NCBI GenBank assembly: GCA_009914755.4
Contig: CP086569.2
Location: 4,512,001 to 4,576,000 of the forward strand
Length of the DNA stretch: 64,000 nucleotides
Origin: the human T2T-CHM13v2.0 reference genome, Homo sapiens
Direction: 5' to 3'
The position numbers and the translations under genes are program-made. Below are positions 60,262 to 64,000 of this stretch, one piece after another (position 1 is the stretch's first letter; each line of letters opens with the position of its first letter). The notes under the pieces were generated by a model that saw only the letters and a list, made by a program, of their open reading frames with translations, ran no database searches and had not been told where the DNA came from.

Positions 60262-60646
60262 GTTCTCACATTGCTATAAAGGAATGACCGAGACTGGGTA
60301 ATTTATAAAGAAAAGAGGTTTAATTGGCTCATGATTCCACAGTCTGTACAGGAAGTGTCACAGCATCTGCTCAGCTTCTGGGGAGGCCTCAGGAAACTTA
60401 CAATCATCACAGAAGGCACATGGGGAGCCAGCACTTGACATGGCTAGAGTAGGAGGACGGCTGGGGAAAGTGCCACACACTTTTAAATAACCAGATCTCA
60501 TGAGAACTTATTCACTATCACAAGAACAGCACCAAGGGAGAAATCTGTCCCCATAATTCAACACCTCCCACCAGCTTCAAACTCCTACATTGGGGATTAC
60601 AATTTGACATGAGATTTAGGTGGCAACATAGATCCAAACCATATCA
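60262..60646 (-). mobile_element. MaLR LTR (MST/MLT-like)
   Basis: …gagactgggtaatttataaagaaaagaggtttaattggctcatgattccacag…cctcaggaaacttacaatcatcacagaaggcacatggggag…gattacaatttgacatgagatttaggtggcaacatagatccaaaccatatca is the reverse complement of a MaLR LTR. Confidence 0.75.
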
Positions 60647-62516
60647 GACACAAAAGATCAACAGAAGTCAAGCTAACTCTTATTTTCTTCTTACTTATTA
60701 TCTCTGAATTATAACTTCTCAAGAATAGAGAAAGGGCAAGGATTAATTACAAATTTTGGCTCAAACATCACATTACGATAGCTGAGCTGAGCATAAAGAA
60801 AGTAACTTAAAATATTTTTCAACTCCAGCTGGGAAGCAGTCTCATACAGAATAAGATTTTTCTATGATATCTGATATAATTTACCACTCTATTTTGTCTG
60901 AAAATGGTCTCTTGTTTTAGGCTTCCTTGATAACACACTGTTCTGGTTCTTTTCCTACATTTGACCATTTGTGGAAGGTTTCTTTCTTGACTGTTTGCCA
61001 TATTTTTTTTCCATTCAACACAAGTGTTCTTTAGGGTTTTATCTTCAATTCCCGTCTCACTCAATATAATGTCCCCTGATAAATTCATTTACTATTAATG
61101 TTTCAACCACCAATATGCTGACATTCAGAAATCCTTAACCCTTTCTACCCCCAGATCTGTTTCCTAATATTCAGACAAAAAAGAAAAACCTGCAATTTGA
61201 CATTTCATACATGAATATACCACAGGCTTTTCAAGGTTAGTATGTCAAAAAGTAATCTCATCATCACAACATCCTCCCTAATAGGTCTTATGTTTTCCTG
61301 TCTCTCACATCCTCATTCATGTTTCTACTATCTTAGGTCAGAAACTTCAGAGTCATTCCAATTTTTTTTTACCTCAACCCCTGCTCAGACACCTGAGTCA
61401 ACATCCTTCCCCTTGCTTATACCTTCTCTTTTTCACTCCCAATGCCTTAGGCCAGGCCTATATATTATTTTGCAGAGATGATTGCAATAATTTCCTAACT
61501 TGTCTTTTAGATTCAATTTTACACCTATCCAATCCAATCTTTATATCTTCTTAGAAGTAATCTATCTACAATGTACATCTGACAATGTCATTTTCCACTT
61601 AAACCCTTTAATGACACCATTCATAAAGCTTCTTCTAATCTAACTCTAAGGTAAAAATAACCATCCTCTTCATTAAAATCTCTACTATATTTGTGCTCTT
61701 CTGCTGTTTTTATTGTAAGCCTGTAATTATTTTTTGTTTCCACTTGTTTACATGAGTTGGGAACTTTTAACTCAGAGAGTGATTTTATGTTTTTGTGATT
61801 CCTCTGCATTGGAAATTGAAGTAATTAGATAATTCAAAGATTTTAGTAAGAAAATAAATTAATTCAATGAAAATAAACTAACATAAAACCCACAAGCAAG
61901 CCAGTTATTTTACACTAAATCAAGCATATTAAAATGACTAGTTTTTCTGTTTTTATACCCTTCCAAACATGATGCTGGTTACAGAGAACCTGAGAAAACA
62001 TATTAGTAGAAAGTGAGGACAAAGAAGTTGAAGATAGTTTTAGAAAATGAGATATAAATAAATAAATAAGAATAAAATGAAATCAGAACATACTTAAGCC
62101 AGGCTCCCTTTACCAGCTTGATCAGATCCTCACAATCAAACAAATTGAGAGGATAACACTCATCTTTCGGGCATAAATTCCACTTTTATTTGAGTTATTC
62201 AAATGATCCAAGCTGAAACCTGTGTTTGGCTTAAACTGGTAATACAGTCAACCACTCCCCTTGATTTGAGAAAACACTAGGGAAGAGGGCTTAGCGAATT
62301 ATAATCAATCATTCTTCTTTATTCGCTTATGATAATTAGTGATTTTCTTAGAAATGTATTTAAATGTATTTTAAATGTAAACAATAACATGCTCTCAGAT
62401 TAACTCAAATGAAATATTAGATTCCCACTGTAATGCCAAACTGTTTCCTTCTAGCTTTCTAAGGCAAACATGAGCTTAGCCAATATGTTGTCACTTAAAA
62501 TAATTTATTAAACTAG

Positions 62517-63470
<954 letters not shown>

Positions 63471-63562
63471 ATATTTTGAAGGCTCTAAGATGTTCGATTA
63501 ATTCTAATTATATTAGTGTGTTATGTCCAAATTATAACTTTTTTAAGAGACATGTTCTTTCT

Positions 63563-63773
63563 CATTCAGGCTGGAGTGCAGTGGTACAAACATAGTTCAC
63601 TGTAATCCCAAACTTCTGGGCTCAAGCCACCATGCCTGGCTAATTTTTTAAAGACAGGGTCTCACTATGTTGCTCAAGTTGGTCTTGAACTCCTAACCTC
63701 AAGTGATCTTTCCACCTCCAGCTCCCAAAACCTGGGATTACAGGTGTGGGCTGCTGCACCCAGTCCCCAAATT
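63563..63773 (-). mobile_element. Old Alu (AluJ-like), about 210 bp, antisense
   Basis: ggctggagtgcagtggtacaaacatagttcactgtaatcccaaacttctgggctcaagccaccatgcctggctaattttttaaagacagggtctcactatgttgctcaagttggtcttgaactcctaacctcaagtgatctttccacctccagctcccaaaacctgggattacaggtgtgggctgctgcacccagtcc. Confidence 0.8.
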
Positions 63774-63804
63774 ATAATTATTAGAACAGTGTCAATACCC
63801 CGGA

Positions 63805-64000
63805 ATGTTTTCTTTTTTAACTTTTATTTTAGGTTCAGTGGTGCATGTGCAGGTTTGTTACATAGGTAAACTGCATGTCATGAGGGTTTGTTGCACAAAT
63901 TATTTTGTCACGCAGGTAACGAGCATAGGACCACATGGGTGTTTTTTCTGATCCCCTCCTTCTTCTCACTCTACACCCTCAAGTAGGCCCCAGTTTCTGT
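63805..64000 (-). mobile_element. L1 3'-end fragment, antisense, running off the window
   Basis: ttttaacttttattttaggttcagtggtgcatgtgcaggtttgttacataggtaaactgcatgtcatgagggtttgttgcacaaattattttgtcacgcaggtaacgagcataggaccacatgggtgttttttctgatcccctccttcttctc is the reverse complement of the L1 3'UTR/ORF2 tail. Confidence 0.85.

Overview
This window looks like primate (most likely human) nuclear DNA, not a prokaryotic or viral locus. It is AT-rich and almost entirely made of interspersed repeats; I found no convincing cellular protein-coding exon, no tRNA or rRNA gene, and no CRISPR array. All long ORFs in the six-frame track lie inside LINE-1 or MaLR copies and are decayed transposon reading frames.

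What I can support from the sequence:
- LINE-1: one full-length but dead L1PA element with intact target-site duplications (TSDs) (33861-40095, +), and one L1PA-like copy whose ORF1 is precisely deleted (24950-29903, -).
- Older L1s: a body in + orientation at 10830-16262, and a near-full-length minus-strand copy at 47590-60250 that carries four nested insertions.
- Shorter L1 3' fragments at 1-768, 3072-4322, 7812-9685, 17025-17405, 18975-19357, 41802-42032 and 63805-64000.
- ERVL-MaLR: two full-length THE1/MST-class elements (19703-21978 minus, 51754-54022 plus), a third copy with an internal deletion (8262-9566), two solo LTRs, and LTR fragments.
- Other repeats: Alu elements including an AluY inserted inside an AluS, a MIR, a TA-flanked terminal-inverted-repeat (TIR) DNA transposon that I tentatively place in the Tigger/pogo group, several (GT)n, (CA)n and (CT)n microsatellites, and a polypyrimidine tract.

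The most interesting item is a 2.25-kb insert at 48112-50358. It ends in AATAAA plus a short poly(A) and is flanked by a perfect 17-bp target-site duplication inside the old L1, which is the signature of a processed retrocopy of some unidentified polyadenylated RNA.

I see no evidence of a novel biological system. All coordinates are by eye and approximate to about 10-20 bp. Family and subfamily names come from memory of consensus sequences and should be confirmed with RepeatMasker/Dfam and a BLAT against hg38.
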